Under the pieces are notes generated by a model, which had not been told where the DNA came from, searched no databases, and was given only the letters and a program-made list of their open reading frames with translations. 64,000 nt of DNA from Acetomicrobium hydrogeniformans. Lineage in GTDB: Bacteria; Synergistota; Synergistia; Synergistales; JAFGMB01. The DNA lies in the NCBI GenBank assembly GCA_016841745.1, contig JAENYO010000001.1:601463-665462 (forward strand), written 5' to 3'. Made by a program: the position numbers and the translations under genes. The first letter of the stretch is position 1. Each line of letters opens with the position of its first letter. Shown one piece after another: positions 8,678-16,554 of the stretch.

Positions 8678-10506
8678 ATATGTTCCATTTTCATCACCGA
8701 GGCAAGCAGGTAAGAATGAGATGAAGGCAGGAACCTTACCTGCTGTCCAAAGGCTCTCGCTATGACCTTGGCCATTTCTGTAAATTCATTTTTGCCTGTA
8801 AGCTTTGCCAGTTCAATGAAATTATCCATGGCTACAGAATTGGCAGAAAGAATGGCCCCGTCATAGGCTTCTTTCCTCCTGAAGAACAGGTCCTCGGAAC
8901 CTTCGCAAGTGGCGTAGAGACCTCCTTTTTCCTTATCCCAGAAAAGAACGGTCATGGTATCCATAAACTTTAAGGACTGAAGAAGGAGTTCTTCCTTCCG
9001 GGTAGCCTTGAATATTTCATTTATTCCCCAGACCATAAAAACGTAGTCATCAAGAAAGGCTTCAACAGCAGCTTCTCCATCTCTGTACCGATGAAAAAGT
9101 TTCCCTTCGGGGGTCCTCATTTTTTTCAGAAAGAAGTCAAGAGCTTTCTCAGCTCTGTGAATATAATCAATATTACCCAATGTCCTTCCAGCATATGCAA
9201 AGGCAGCGATCATCAGTCCGTTCCAGTCCGTGAGGATCTGGTCATCTTTGAAGGGCCTTACCCGTCCATCCCGGACTTTAAGAAGATCTGCCCTGTTACG
9301 GTCTATAAGATGGCAAATATCCTCTTCGGGGATATTTTTCTGACTGGCTATTTCTGCAAATCTTTTCTCCCTGAACAGGATATTGGAACCCGTTTTTTTG
9401 CCAAAGTTCCCTTCATCGAAATTCCCGCCCTTTTCGACGTTGTATATTTCGAGGAAAAAATCCCCATCTTCCCCTAAAGCACTAATTACTTCACCCTTTT
9501 TCCAGGTGTAGAATTTCCCCTCGACTCCTTCACTATCGGCATCTTCAGCCGAGTAAAAAGAACCTTCAGGAGATGTCATATGGGATATTACATAACTGGC
9601 TATATCTTCCAGGGTCCTTTTGAAAAGGGGGTCTCCTGTAACTGCAAAGGCCCTGGTATAGATCACCATGAGAAGAGCCTGGTCGTATAACATCTTCTCA
9701 AAATGAGGCAGGAGCCACTTTTCATCTGTGGAATACCTGTGGAATCCACCGCCTAGATGATCATATATCCCTCCCAGACTCATTTTGGTTAAGGTTTTTT
9801 CAACCATTTCAAGGGATCTCACATCACTGTAGTTCTGCCAGTACTGAAGCAGGAACAGGAGAATACCCGGCATGGGGAATTTAGGGGCAGAAAAGAATCC
9901 TCCCCATTCTTCATCAAAATTCTTCTCCAGTTCCTTAAAACAGCTATCTATAACTACGCGATCAGGCATATCTCCAGGCTCCAGGGAAGAACCCTTTTTA
10001 AGAGATTCCACAAGGCTTTCGGCAGACTGGAGGATCTGTTCCCTCTGGGTAGACCAGAGCCATTTGATCCTTGGAAAGATATCCATCATACCTGGTATTT
10101 TCCCCATACTTTCCCTTGGCATGTATGTTCCTGCAAAAAAAGGACTTCCATCGGGTGTCAGAAAAACATTAAGGGGCCAGCCGCCGCTGTTGTTCATGAC
10201 CTGGCTGACTGCCATAAAGTTTCCATCCAGGTCAGGCCTTTCCTCCCTGTCTACCTTGATACAAACACATACATCGTTCATAAGTTCTGCAACTTCAGGG
10301 TTGTCAAAACATTCTCTTTCCATGACATGGCACCAGTGACAGGTAGAATAACCTATGGATAGAAAAACCGGTTTATCTTCCTCCCTGGCCTTCTGAAATG
10401 CTTCTTTTCCCCATGGGTACCAGTCCACCGGATTATGGGCATGCTGCAGCAGGTAGGGGGATCTTTCGTTTATGAGCCTGTTGGGCTCTTTATTACCGGA
10501 TTTCAT
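8674..10506 (-). CDS. thioredoxin-domain protein of the DUF255/YyaL type (N-terminal thioredoxin fold plus alpha/alpha-toroid)
   Basis: N-terminus [29 protein letters not shown]...[16 protein letters not shown] is the hallmark DUF255 signature. 610 aa. Confidence 0.85.
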   Translation of the reverse strand: MKSGNKEPNRLINERSPYLLQHAHNPVDWYPWGKEAFQKAREEDKPVFLSIGYSTCHWCHVMERECFDNPEVAELMNDVCVCIKVDREERPDLDGNFMAVSQVMNNSGGWPLNVFLTPDGSPFFAGTYMPRESMGKIPGMMDIFPRIKWLWSTQREQILQSAESLVESLKKGSSLEPGDMPDRVVIDSCFKELEKNFDEEWGGFFSAPKFPMPGILLFLLQYWQNYSDVRSLEMVEKTLTKMSLGGIYDHLGGGFHRYSTDEKWLLPHFEKMLYDQALLMVIYTRAFAVTGDPLFKRTLEDIASYVISHMTSPEGSFYSAEDADSEGVEGKFYTWKKGEVISALGEDGDFFLEIYNVEKGGNFDEGNFGKKTGSNILFREKRFAEIASQKNIPEEDICHLIDRNRADLLKVRDGRVRPFKDDQILTDWNGLMIAAFAYAGRTLGNIDYIHRAEKALDFFLKKMRTPEGKLFHRYRDGEAAVEAFLDDYVFMVWGINEIFKATRKEELLLQSLKFMDTMTVLFWDKEKGGLYATCEGSEDLFFRRKEAYDGAILSANSVAMDNFIELAKLTGKNEFTEMAKVIARAFGQQVRFLPSSHSYLLASVMKMEHI

Positions 10507-10627
10507 AAAACCACTCCAATCGATGGATCTTCTTTTATAACCATCTGAAGGGACAGGATATTCAGGTCTGTCTTCAGGTCAAAAAGTATACCAGATATGG
10601 TATTGCCATTTCAAAAGGTCCATTCTC

Positions 10628-11107
10628 TCATCCATTAAGAAACCACAAGGAAAGATTGAGAAACGAAGCAAAGGAAACCCAGATAAGGTAGGGCACGAGA
10701 AGCCATGCCGCCATAACTGATACAGGTGCAAAAACATATATGGTCAGAACAATTAAAAGCCATAGAAAGGCAATAACCCCGAGACCTCCGAGTATGGAGT
10801 GAAGACCAAAAAAGACCACGGACCATGCTACATTGAAAACGAGTTGGATAAGAAAGACTGTAATCGCAGTGGAGACACCAAATGTGGAAAACCCCTTTTT
10901 CCACACAAGAAAAAGAGCTATACCCATAAGAAAATAAAGAACAGTCCAGACGGGAGCAAAGACCCAGGCAGGAGGGTTAAAAGCAGGTTTGAGCAGTTCA
11001 GGATACCAGTTAATAACTGCATCTCGAGTAAAAAAGGACCCTGTCCAGCCTGCACCAAGACAAAGAAACAGACTTGCGAGGAGCTTGAAGATCATCTTCA
11101 TAGACAT
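10628..11107 (-). CDS. tspO: TspO/MBR family tryptophan-rich sensory protein
   Basis: Five TM helices. WYPELLKPAFNPPAWVFAPVWTVLYFLMGIA and the Trp-rich pattern are typical of TspO. The stop is TGA. Confidence 0.9.
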   Translation of the reverse strand: MSMKMIFKLLASLFLCLGAGWTGSFFTRDAVINWYPELLKPAFNPPAWVFAPVWTVLYFLMGIALFLVWKKGFSTFGVSTAITVFLIQLVFNVAWSVVFFGLHSILGGLGVIAFLWLLIVLTIYVFAPVSVMAAWLLVPYLIWVSFASFLNLSLWFLNG

Positions 11108-11252
11108 CAGGATAATATCTCTCCTTTCTAAAAAGATTTTCCCTCAGATCCGCTTTAAGGATCAGAAAGAGTATTCTCCGCTCTGTTGTTTTTTTATTAT
11201 CCCATAAAACTATGCCATGGTAAGGTGTAAAATCTATATCAGTGTGAATAAC

Positions 11253-11287
11253 AAAAAAGAGGACAGCCCGGGAAGGGCTCTCCTCTT
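11253..11287 (-). terminator. rho-independent terminator after the HAD hydrolase gene
   Basis: On the minus strand: AAGAGGAGAGCCC-TTCCC-GGGCTGTCCTCTT (13-bp stem, 1 mismatch) followed by TTTTTTG. It lies 31 nt after the stop at 11318. Confidence 0.75.
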
Positions 11288-11317
11288 GTAAGAAATCCGG
11301 TTTCAATCACAGAAAGA

Positions 11318-11944
11318 TCACTGAAAAAGGGTCAGTACCTCCTCCAGGTCTGAAAAGGTTTTCCAGGCCCCTGCACTGGTCAGCGCACTATGGTCAAAAT
11401 TGCCTGTCGTCATGCCAACTCCCCGTACATTTGCGGACTTCGCGGATATCATATCGGCATCAGTGTCACCAACATATATGGTCTCTTCGGGAGAAACATT
11501 AAGCATCTCCATTCCCTTAAGGATCATATCCGGTTCGGGCTTGGCCTTATCCACATCCAGGACTCCCAGGGTACAGCGGAAATATTGAGATAATCCCGCC
11601 GCTTCAACTGCATCACTCACTTTTGAACGGTTTGATGCGACACCCATAACTATTTCCCTTTCCAAAAGATGTTCAAGGAAAGACAGGGTGTTGGGAAAGG
11701 GTATGATCCTGGCATACTCTTTCTCCCTGAAGGTTGCTCTGTAGTTGTCAACCCATGATGGATCAAAACGCCCCCAGAGCCTTTCCCATGACTCATGTAT
11801 GGGCAGTCCTATCACTGAAAGGACCTCTTCCCTGGAGAGAAACCGCAAGCCCTCCCCCTCTGCGATGGCGTTCATTGCTTCAGTGATGGCAAAACTGCTG
11901 TCTACAAGTGTCATATCGAAATCAAAAAGCACTGCCTTTATCAA
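11318..11944 (-). CDS. HAD-superfamily hydrolase (phosphoglycolate phosphatase-like subfamily IA)
   Basis: Motif I LFDFDMTLVDS, motif II GVASNRS, motif IV YVGDTDADM. TTG start with GAGGTG SD. Confidence 0.85.
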   Translation of the reverse strand: MIKAVLFDFDMTLVDSSFAITEAMNAIAEGEGLRFLSREEVLSVIGLPIHESWERLWGRFDPSWVDNYRATFREKEYARIIPFPNTLSFLEHLLEREIVMGVASNRSKVSDAVEAAGLSQYFRCTLGVLDVDKAKPEPDMILKGMEMLNVSPEETIYVGDTDADMISAKSANVRGVGMTTGNFDHSALTSAGAWKTFSDLEEVLTLFQ

Positions 11945-12045
11945 AGGATCACCTCGTTACAAAGGTTGTGGTTACTGTTTGGGGAATGTTACCCTAAATT
12001 CAGAAAAAAGGCAAAGTTTAAGAAAGACCTCAACTTCCCAGGCAT

Positions 12046-12070
12046 TAAAAAGGCGGCCCGAAGACCGCCT
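12046..12070 (-). terminator. rho-independent terminator after iorB
   Basis: On the minus strand: AGGCGGTC-TTCG-GGCCGCCT followed by TTTTTAATG. It lies 22 nt after the iorB stop. Confidence 0.75.
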
Positions 12071-12091
12071 AGATAGAACTGATCGAAATCT

Positions 12092-12667
12092 TTACCCTGC
12101 TATTTTTCGAAAGACTTCCAGGTTCTTTTCAAGCATTGTTCCTGCCATGAGGTCATCCATAGCTTCTTCATACTGTTCCTTCCCTATGTAGGGAACCAGT
12201 GAAAGAGATGCTATTTTCCCCAGAAGGACCATATTCTGCATCCTGTAATCTTCGAGTTCCTCCATCCTGACTCCGTGAAGGTTTACTTTTCTTTTCAGAC
12301 ATTCCCTTTCAAGCAGAGAATTGGATACCTCCTCTTCTCTCCCCAGACGGGCACCCAGTGTCTGCCAGCTGGTATCGTAATATACAAGGGTTCCCCCAGA
12401 TCTGGCATGACTGTAAAGAGCCCGGTACGCCTCAGTCCTTTCCAGGGCTACGACAAGGTCAGCTCTGCCCCTTCTTATAAGGGGGGTTGTCAGGGTACTT
12501 CCCAGGCGAACATGGGAAACCACCATGCCGCCTCTCTGGGCTAAACCATGGGTATCAACTCCGCTGACAGGAATATTTCCATGATCAGCCGCCCTGAGAA
12601 TGGTTTCACTCAGCAGGCCTATTCCCTGTCCTCCCACTCCTATGAGGTATATGTCAAATCTTTTCAT
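12092..12667 (-). CDS. iorB: indolepyruvate:ferredoxin oxidoreductase, beta subunit
   Basis: MKRFDIYLIGVGGQGIG N-terminus and a size of 191 aa. Its start overlaps the iorA stop by 4 nt (translational coupling). Confidence 0.85.
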   Translation of the reverse strand: MKRFDIYLIGVGGQGIGLLSETILRAADHGNIPVSGVDTHGLAQRGGMVVSHVRLGSTLTTPLIRRGRADLVVALERTEAYRALYSHARSGGTLVYYDTSWQTLGARLGREEEVSNSLLERECLKRKVNLHGVRMEELEDYRMQNMVLLGKIASLSLVPYIGKEQYEEAMDDLMAGTMLEKNLEVFRKIAG

Positions 12668-14562
12668 TCGGTATCACCCTCTCCTTGCGAACCAGAAGAC
12701 TTTTTAAGACTGATGGCCTTTGATGGGCAAGTCTGGATACAAGAAGCATCACCGATACAGAGTTCTGGATTCACCCTGATCGTTCCATCCTGCAATCTCT
12801 GGAAAGATGGGCATGCAAATTCAGCAACGCAGCTTCGGGCAAGGGTACATTTATCCTGGTCGATGTCTACAGTTTTCTGGATAAAACCTGGTTTTCTGCG
12901 CTGTTCCCTGGTGAACTTGAGCATACATGGATGGGATGCTATGACCACGCTGAAACCCTTTTCTGCCACGGCTTCCTCAATCATACTGGTAAGTTTCCCC
13001 TGGCTATAAGTATCAATCCTTCTTATGTTTGTAACACCAAGCCCCTCCAGCATCCGGTCAATGGATATGGCCATGACGGGACCCCTTGCATTTGCACCGG
13101 AACCGGGATGGTTCTGATGCCCTGTCATGGCTGTAGTACCGTTCTCCATTATGACAAGGGTCAAGTTGTGGCTGTTGAAAATAGCATTAATGATGCCCGG
13201 GATACCTGCATGGAAGAGGGTGGAATCGCCTAGAAAAGCGACAACCCTCCTCTGGTCATTGAAAAGAGACAATCCTGATGCAGTTCCCGTTGAATGCCCC
13301 ATACTGAGCAAAGCCTGTCCCATGTTGTATGGCGGGAGAAAACCCAGGGTATGACACCCTATATCAGCTACAGTTATATCTTTTTCTGAAAGGGCCTGTT
13401 TTATGGCATGAAAGGCAGATCTGTGCCCGCATCCGGGGCACATCTGGGGAGGTCTGGGAGCCAGTGGGATATCGGGCACATCTTCAACAGAAATTTCCAT
13501 TTCAGGCCAGACCCGGTCCATAATGGGGGCAACCCTGTCGGGAGTATATTCGCCTATCCAGTCCTCATCACATGTTTTCCCTATGATCCTTGTATTTATC
13601 CCTTTTTCATATGCTATGGACTTGATCTCCCTTTCCAGAAGGTCATCAAGTTCCTCTATTATCACTACTTCAGTATGGCCCCTTAAGAATCCGGCGATTC
13701 TTTGTGCTGGAAGGGGGTGAACCAGCCCGAGCTTTAAAATATCGGGCTTTTCAGAAACATCCTCCAGGATTTCAAGTATGGAAAGGTAGGGAAGGCCAGC
13801 AGTAATTATGCCTTTGACCCGGTTCCCATTGTCATCAATACTGTTGGATGGAGAGGTTTCCGCATATTCCTGGAAGTTTCGGATCTTTTCAATTGCCTTT
13901 TTTTTCATATCCAGCGCTGCCTTTGCAATGGGTATGTAGGGACCGTTGGCGGGATCGAAACGGGAAATATCACCGTTTTTTCCGGCCTTCCAGAATGAAA
14001 AAAGGACTTTCTGTTTTGCATGACAGACATGGGTTGTCATCCTGACCACAACAGGCATTCTACGCTTTCTCGAAATAGAGGCGGCCTCAATGAACATTTC
14101 ATAGGCTTCGGCTGGTGTAGCGGGTTCAAAGAGGGGGGTGTAGGTCATGTGGGCATAGTGGCGGTTATCCTGTTCGTTCTGGGAAGAATTTGCTCCCGGA
14201 TCATCACCGAGCACTATCACCATTCCCCCCAGAAGTTCCATATGTCCAAGCTGGACAAAACTGTCAGCGGCAACGTTCAGACCTACGCTTTTAAAAAATA
14301 CACATGCCAGATGCCCATTTATGGAAGCCCCGAAGGCCACTTCAGTTGCCACTTTCTCGTTGGTTGAATACTCAAAATAGAAAGGCCTGTCCTTTTGCGG
14401 TATGGAAAGGACAGCTGATGCTATTTCAGGAGTTGGAGAACCCGGATAGGTGGTAACCACCCTCACTCCCGATTCTACCATTGCCCTTACAATGGCAGTA
14501 TTGCCTATGACTATTTCTTCAAAGGACGAATTGCGGAGAAGAATTTCACCCAAGGACTTCAT
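12664..14562 (-). CDS. iorA: indolepyruvate:ferredoxin oxidoreductase, alpha subunit (TPP and 2x[4Fe-4S])
   Basis: TPP-binding region (GDSTLFHAG...MENGTTAMTGHQ), CPGCGH motif, and a C-terminal ferredoxin domain with two Cys clusters (CTLARSCVAEFACP, CIGDASCIQTCP). 632 aa. The stop is TGA. Confidence 0.9.
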   Translation of the reverse strand: MKSLGEILLRNSSFEEIVIGNTAIVRAMVESGVRVVTTYPGSPTPEIASAVLSIPQKDRPFYFEYSTNEKVATEVAFGASINGHLACVFFKSVGLNVAADSFVQLGHMELLGGMVIVLGDDPGANSSQNEQDNRHYAHMTYTPLFEPATPAEAYEMFIEAASISRKRRMPVVVRMTTHVCHAKQKVLFSFWKAGKNGDISRFDPANGPYIPIAKAALDMKKKAIEKIRNFQEYAETSPSNSIDDNGNRVKGIITAGLPYLSILEILEDVSEKPDILKLGLVHPLPAQRIAGFLRGHTEVVIIEELDDLLEREIKSIAYEKGINTRIIGKTCDEDWIGEYTPDRVAPIMDRVWPEMEISVEDVPDIPLAPRPPQMCPGCGHRSAFHAIKQALSEKDITVADIGCHTLGFLPPYNMGQALLSMGHSTGTASGLSLFNDQRRVVAFLGDSTLFHAGIPGIINAIFNSHNLTLVIMENGTTAMTGHQNHPGSGANARGPVMAISIDRMLEGLGVTNIRRIDTYSQGKLTSMIEEAVAEKGFSVVIASHPCMLKFTREQRRKPGFIQKTVDIDQDKCTLARSCVAEFACPSFQRLQDGTIRVNPELCIGDASCIQTCPSKAISLKKSSGSQGEGDTE

Positions 14563-14617
14563 TGTATTCCCCCCCTGTTTTATCGCTATTCAATTTTTCG
14601 TGATCAATATGTCGAGA

Positions 14618-15394
14618 TCAGGCTGAAATAACTGTATTTACAAGTTCCCCTATATTTTCGATCTGGACTTTGAGAACATCTCCTATGGAAACAGGACCAA
14701 TCCCTGATGGAGTACCGGTGGCTATAACATCTCCCGGATTGAGGGTCATTATTCTGGAAATATAACTTACGATAAAGGGAACCTTGAATATAAAATCTGA
14801 AGTAGATGAATGCTGGACAACCTTTTCGTTCTGTATCAGTCTGATATCCAGGTTCGATGGATCGATTCCCATGGATACCCATGGCCCAAAGGGGGCAAAG
14901 GTATCAAAAGATTTACATCGTGTCCATTGACCATCCCGGCTCTGAAGGTCCCTGGCAGTAACGTCATTGAAACAGGTATAACCCAGGATATACTCACCGG
15001 CTTTCTCCGGAAGAACGTTTTGGCATGTCTTCCCCATTACAATACCAAGCTCGGCTTCGTAATCCACCCTTTCCGTCATATATGGAGGATAGACAATCGA
15101 CTCACCATGAGCGATGGCGGAGCTTGGTGGCTTAAGGAAAAGGAGGGGTTCATCAGGTATCTTCATACCCGTTTCTTCAGCATGAGCCCTGTAATTAAGA
15201 CCAACCGCAACTATTTTGGAAGGGTTAACAGGGATAAGGAACTTTTCGACATCAGAGAGAGGAAAATCTCTTCCCGAAAATTCATAATCTGAAAAAATAT
15301 TACCCTTTATCTCTCTAACACTTGTCAATCCCTCTGTGATCCCTTCCACTAACTCTCCCCTGATCTTTGCTCTCAGATATTTCAAACAGCACAC
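14618..15394 (-). CDS. fumarylacetoacetate hydrolase (FAH) family protein
   Basis: GLNYRAHAEE, DYEAELGIVMGK and PGDVIATGTPSGIG are canonical FAH-family motifs. The start is uncertain: GTG at 15394, or TTG at 15385 giving MKYLRAK. Confidence 0.85.
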   Translation of the reverse strand: MCCLKYLRAKIRGELVEGITEGLTSVREIKGNIFSDYEFSGRDFPLSDVEKFLIPVNPSKIVAVGLNYRAHAEETGMKIPDEPLLFLKPPSSAIAHGESIVYPPYMTERVDYEAELGIVMGKTCQNVLPEKAGEYILGYTCFNDVTARDLQSRDGQWTRCKSFDTFAPFGPWVSMGIDPSNLDIRLIQNEKVVQHSSTSDFIFKVPFIVSYISRIMTLNPGDVIATGTPSGIGPVSIGDVLKVQIENIGELVNTVISA

Positions 15395-15471
15395 CGCCTT
15401 TAAATGAATTATCGCCCTATTATACTAACTATATGAGAATAAAAAAGAATATTTTCTGTTATATTAGATTC

Positions 15472-15504
15472 AAAAGGGGCGAGTCAGAAGACCCGCCCCT
15501 TTTG
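15472..15504 (-). terminator. rho-independent (bidirectional-type) terminator after the small exported-protein genes
   Basis: AAAAGGGGCGAGTCAGAAGACCCGCCCCTTTTG. The GGGGCG/CGCCCC stem is flanked by an A-run and a T-run. It lies 14 nt downstream of the TAG at 15518-15520. Confidence 0.85.
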
Positions 15505-15517
15505 AGTACCTGAAGCA

Positions 15518-15901
15518 CTAATCGCAGCCTTCACCTTCCATAGTCTGGGCAGTGGAAACCTTCAGAACTTTTTTTCCTTTATAGGGAAGGGCTATTACCT
15601 TTACAAGGTTGTTCTGGAATGTCATTCCCTTAGGTACCCAGACCTTCATCTCGTCTTCAGTCAAGAGGTTGAAGTGTTCCGGTTTTTCAGGCATACCGCT
15701 CCAAACCAGAGCGGAAAGCGGTTCTCCTCAGAAGCCCTGATATGTATCGGGTTTTACGAACCACTCATATCCCTGCGGAAGCATTTCCCTTTTTGCCACG
15801 GAAGTTATATCCAGTACAAGATTATCAGCACTTACCGCAGGAAGGATCAGAGTGAATACAAGTACCACAGCAAGTAGCAACAATATCAGTTTGTTTTTCA
15901 T
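15518..15901 (-). CDS. small exported protein, candidate selenoprotein (in-frame TGA at codon 58 read through; 127 aa); paralog of 16005-16397
   Basis: AAAGGAG SD 7 nt upstream of the ATG at 15901. Signal peptide MKNKLILLLLAVVLVFTLILPAVSA|DN. The ORF track stops at TGA 15728-15730, but the same frame stays open for 69 more codons to TAG 15518-15520. Both halves align with the neighbouring paralog, which has a TGA at the aligned position. Confidence 0.55.
15696..15714 (-). promoter_or_regulatory. candidate SECIS-like stem-loop 13 nt downstream of the in-frame UGA
   Basis: On the minus strand: CCGCUC-UGGUUUG-GAGCGG, a 6-bp GC-rich stem with a 7-nt loop containing GGU. It starts 13 nt after UGA 15730-15728. 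The loop lies about 19 nt from the UGA, within the range I recall for bacterial SECIS elements. Confidence 0.35.
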
Positions 15902-16004
15902 GCATATTTCTCCTTTCAAAATAATAGAAGTTCAATCTATATACAATATTCTACAGCTAAAAGGTTAATGGTTGAACCGAAAAACTACTTATTTTACGCA
16001 AAAC

Positions 16005-16397
16005 CTACGTAGTAGACAGAAGGGCTGTATCCACAATAACTACCTTTCTGCCCCGGCTCCTGTCAAGTATCACATGAACCACATTATCCCTGAACTCCAG
16101 ATCTCTTGGAACCCACACACATATCTCTCCTGAATTACACTGAACATAACTATCCTGATCTTTTCTGGGTTTTCCGCGCTTCACGAGCGCCTGCAGCGGA
16201 GCACCTCAGCCTGCTCTGCCCGGTCTTACGTAAAACTCGTTTCCACTCCCGCTTATTTGGGTCAGAGCGTCTTCGTCAATCTCAAGTTTCGGACCAGAGG
16301 GGACATTTAACCACGACGTTCCCTTACCAGTCATAAAGGTAAAACCTGCTACTACCAGAACAACAAGAACTACAACAAGGACAGCACGTCTGGACAT
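16005..16397 (-). CDS. small exported/anchored protein, candidate selenoprotein (in-frame TGA at codon 64 read through; 130 aa); paralog of 15518-15901
   Basis: GAGG lies 8 nt upstream of the ATG at 16397; alternative in-frame starts are at 16403 and 16406. The N-terminus MSRRAVLVVVLVVLVVAGF is an RR-containing hydrophobic leader. The track ORF ends at TGA 16206-16208, but the frame continues for 66 codons to TAG 16005-16007 and aligns with the paralog on both sides of the TGA. Confidence 0.55.
16176..16190 (-). promoter_or_regulatory. candidate SECIS-like stem-loop 15 nt downstream of the in-frame UGA
   Basis: On the minus strand: GCGC-UCGUGAA-GCGC, a 4-bp stem with a 7-nt loop. It occupies exactly the codons homologous to the hairpin in the paralog (Ala-Leu-Val-x-x-Gly). 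One base pair differs in a compensatory way (U-A in copy A, G-C here). Confidence 0.3.
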
Positions 16398-16554
16398 ATA
16401 CATCACCTCAAATAAAGATTATCCTAATTGCATGCTAAAGCTTTTTCTATTTAAAGCTAGTATATATCAAATCCTGTAAATTATAAATATTTTCCAAACC
16501 TTTTTTACTGTACTTGGTAGAATAGAAAAGAATAATACCTACGGAGCTGATAGG

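Noticed and set aside
15518-15694. Alternative reading of copy A as two separate genes, with the downstream part starting at ATG 15694 (58 aa, weak GGAG 4 nt upstream)
   Set aside because: The 11 codons between the TGA and this ATG are conserved at the protein level with copy B (G.PL.ALV..G) through synonymous changes. Copy B has no equivalent SD-plus-start. Read-through explains both copies, whereas re-initiation explains only one. This is kept as the main alternative to be tested.
15674-16336. Plus-strand ORFs 15674-15877 (67 aa) and 16106-16336 (76 aa) from the ORF track
   Set aside because: They are antisense to the two SD-preceded, signal-peptide-bearing minus-strand genes. They have no SD and give low-complexity translations. 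They are shadows of the real genes.
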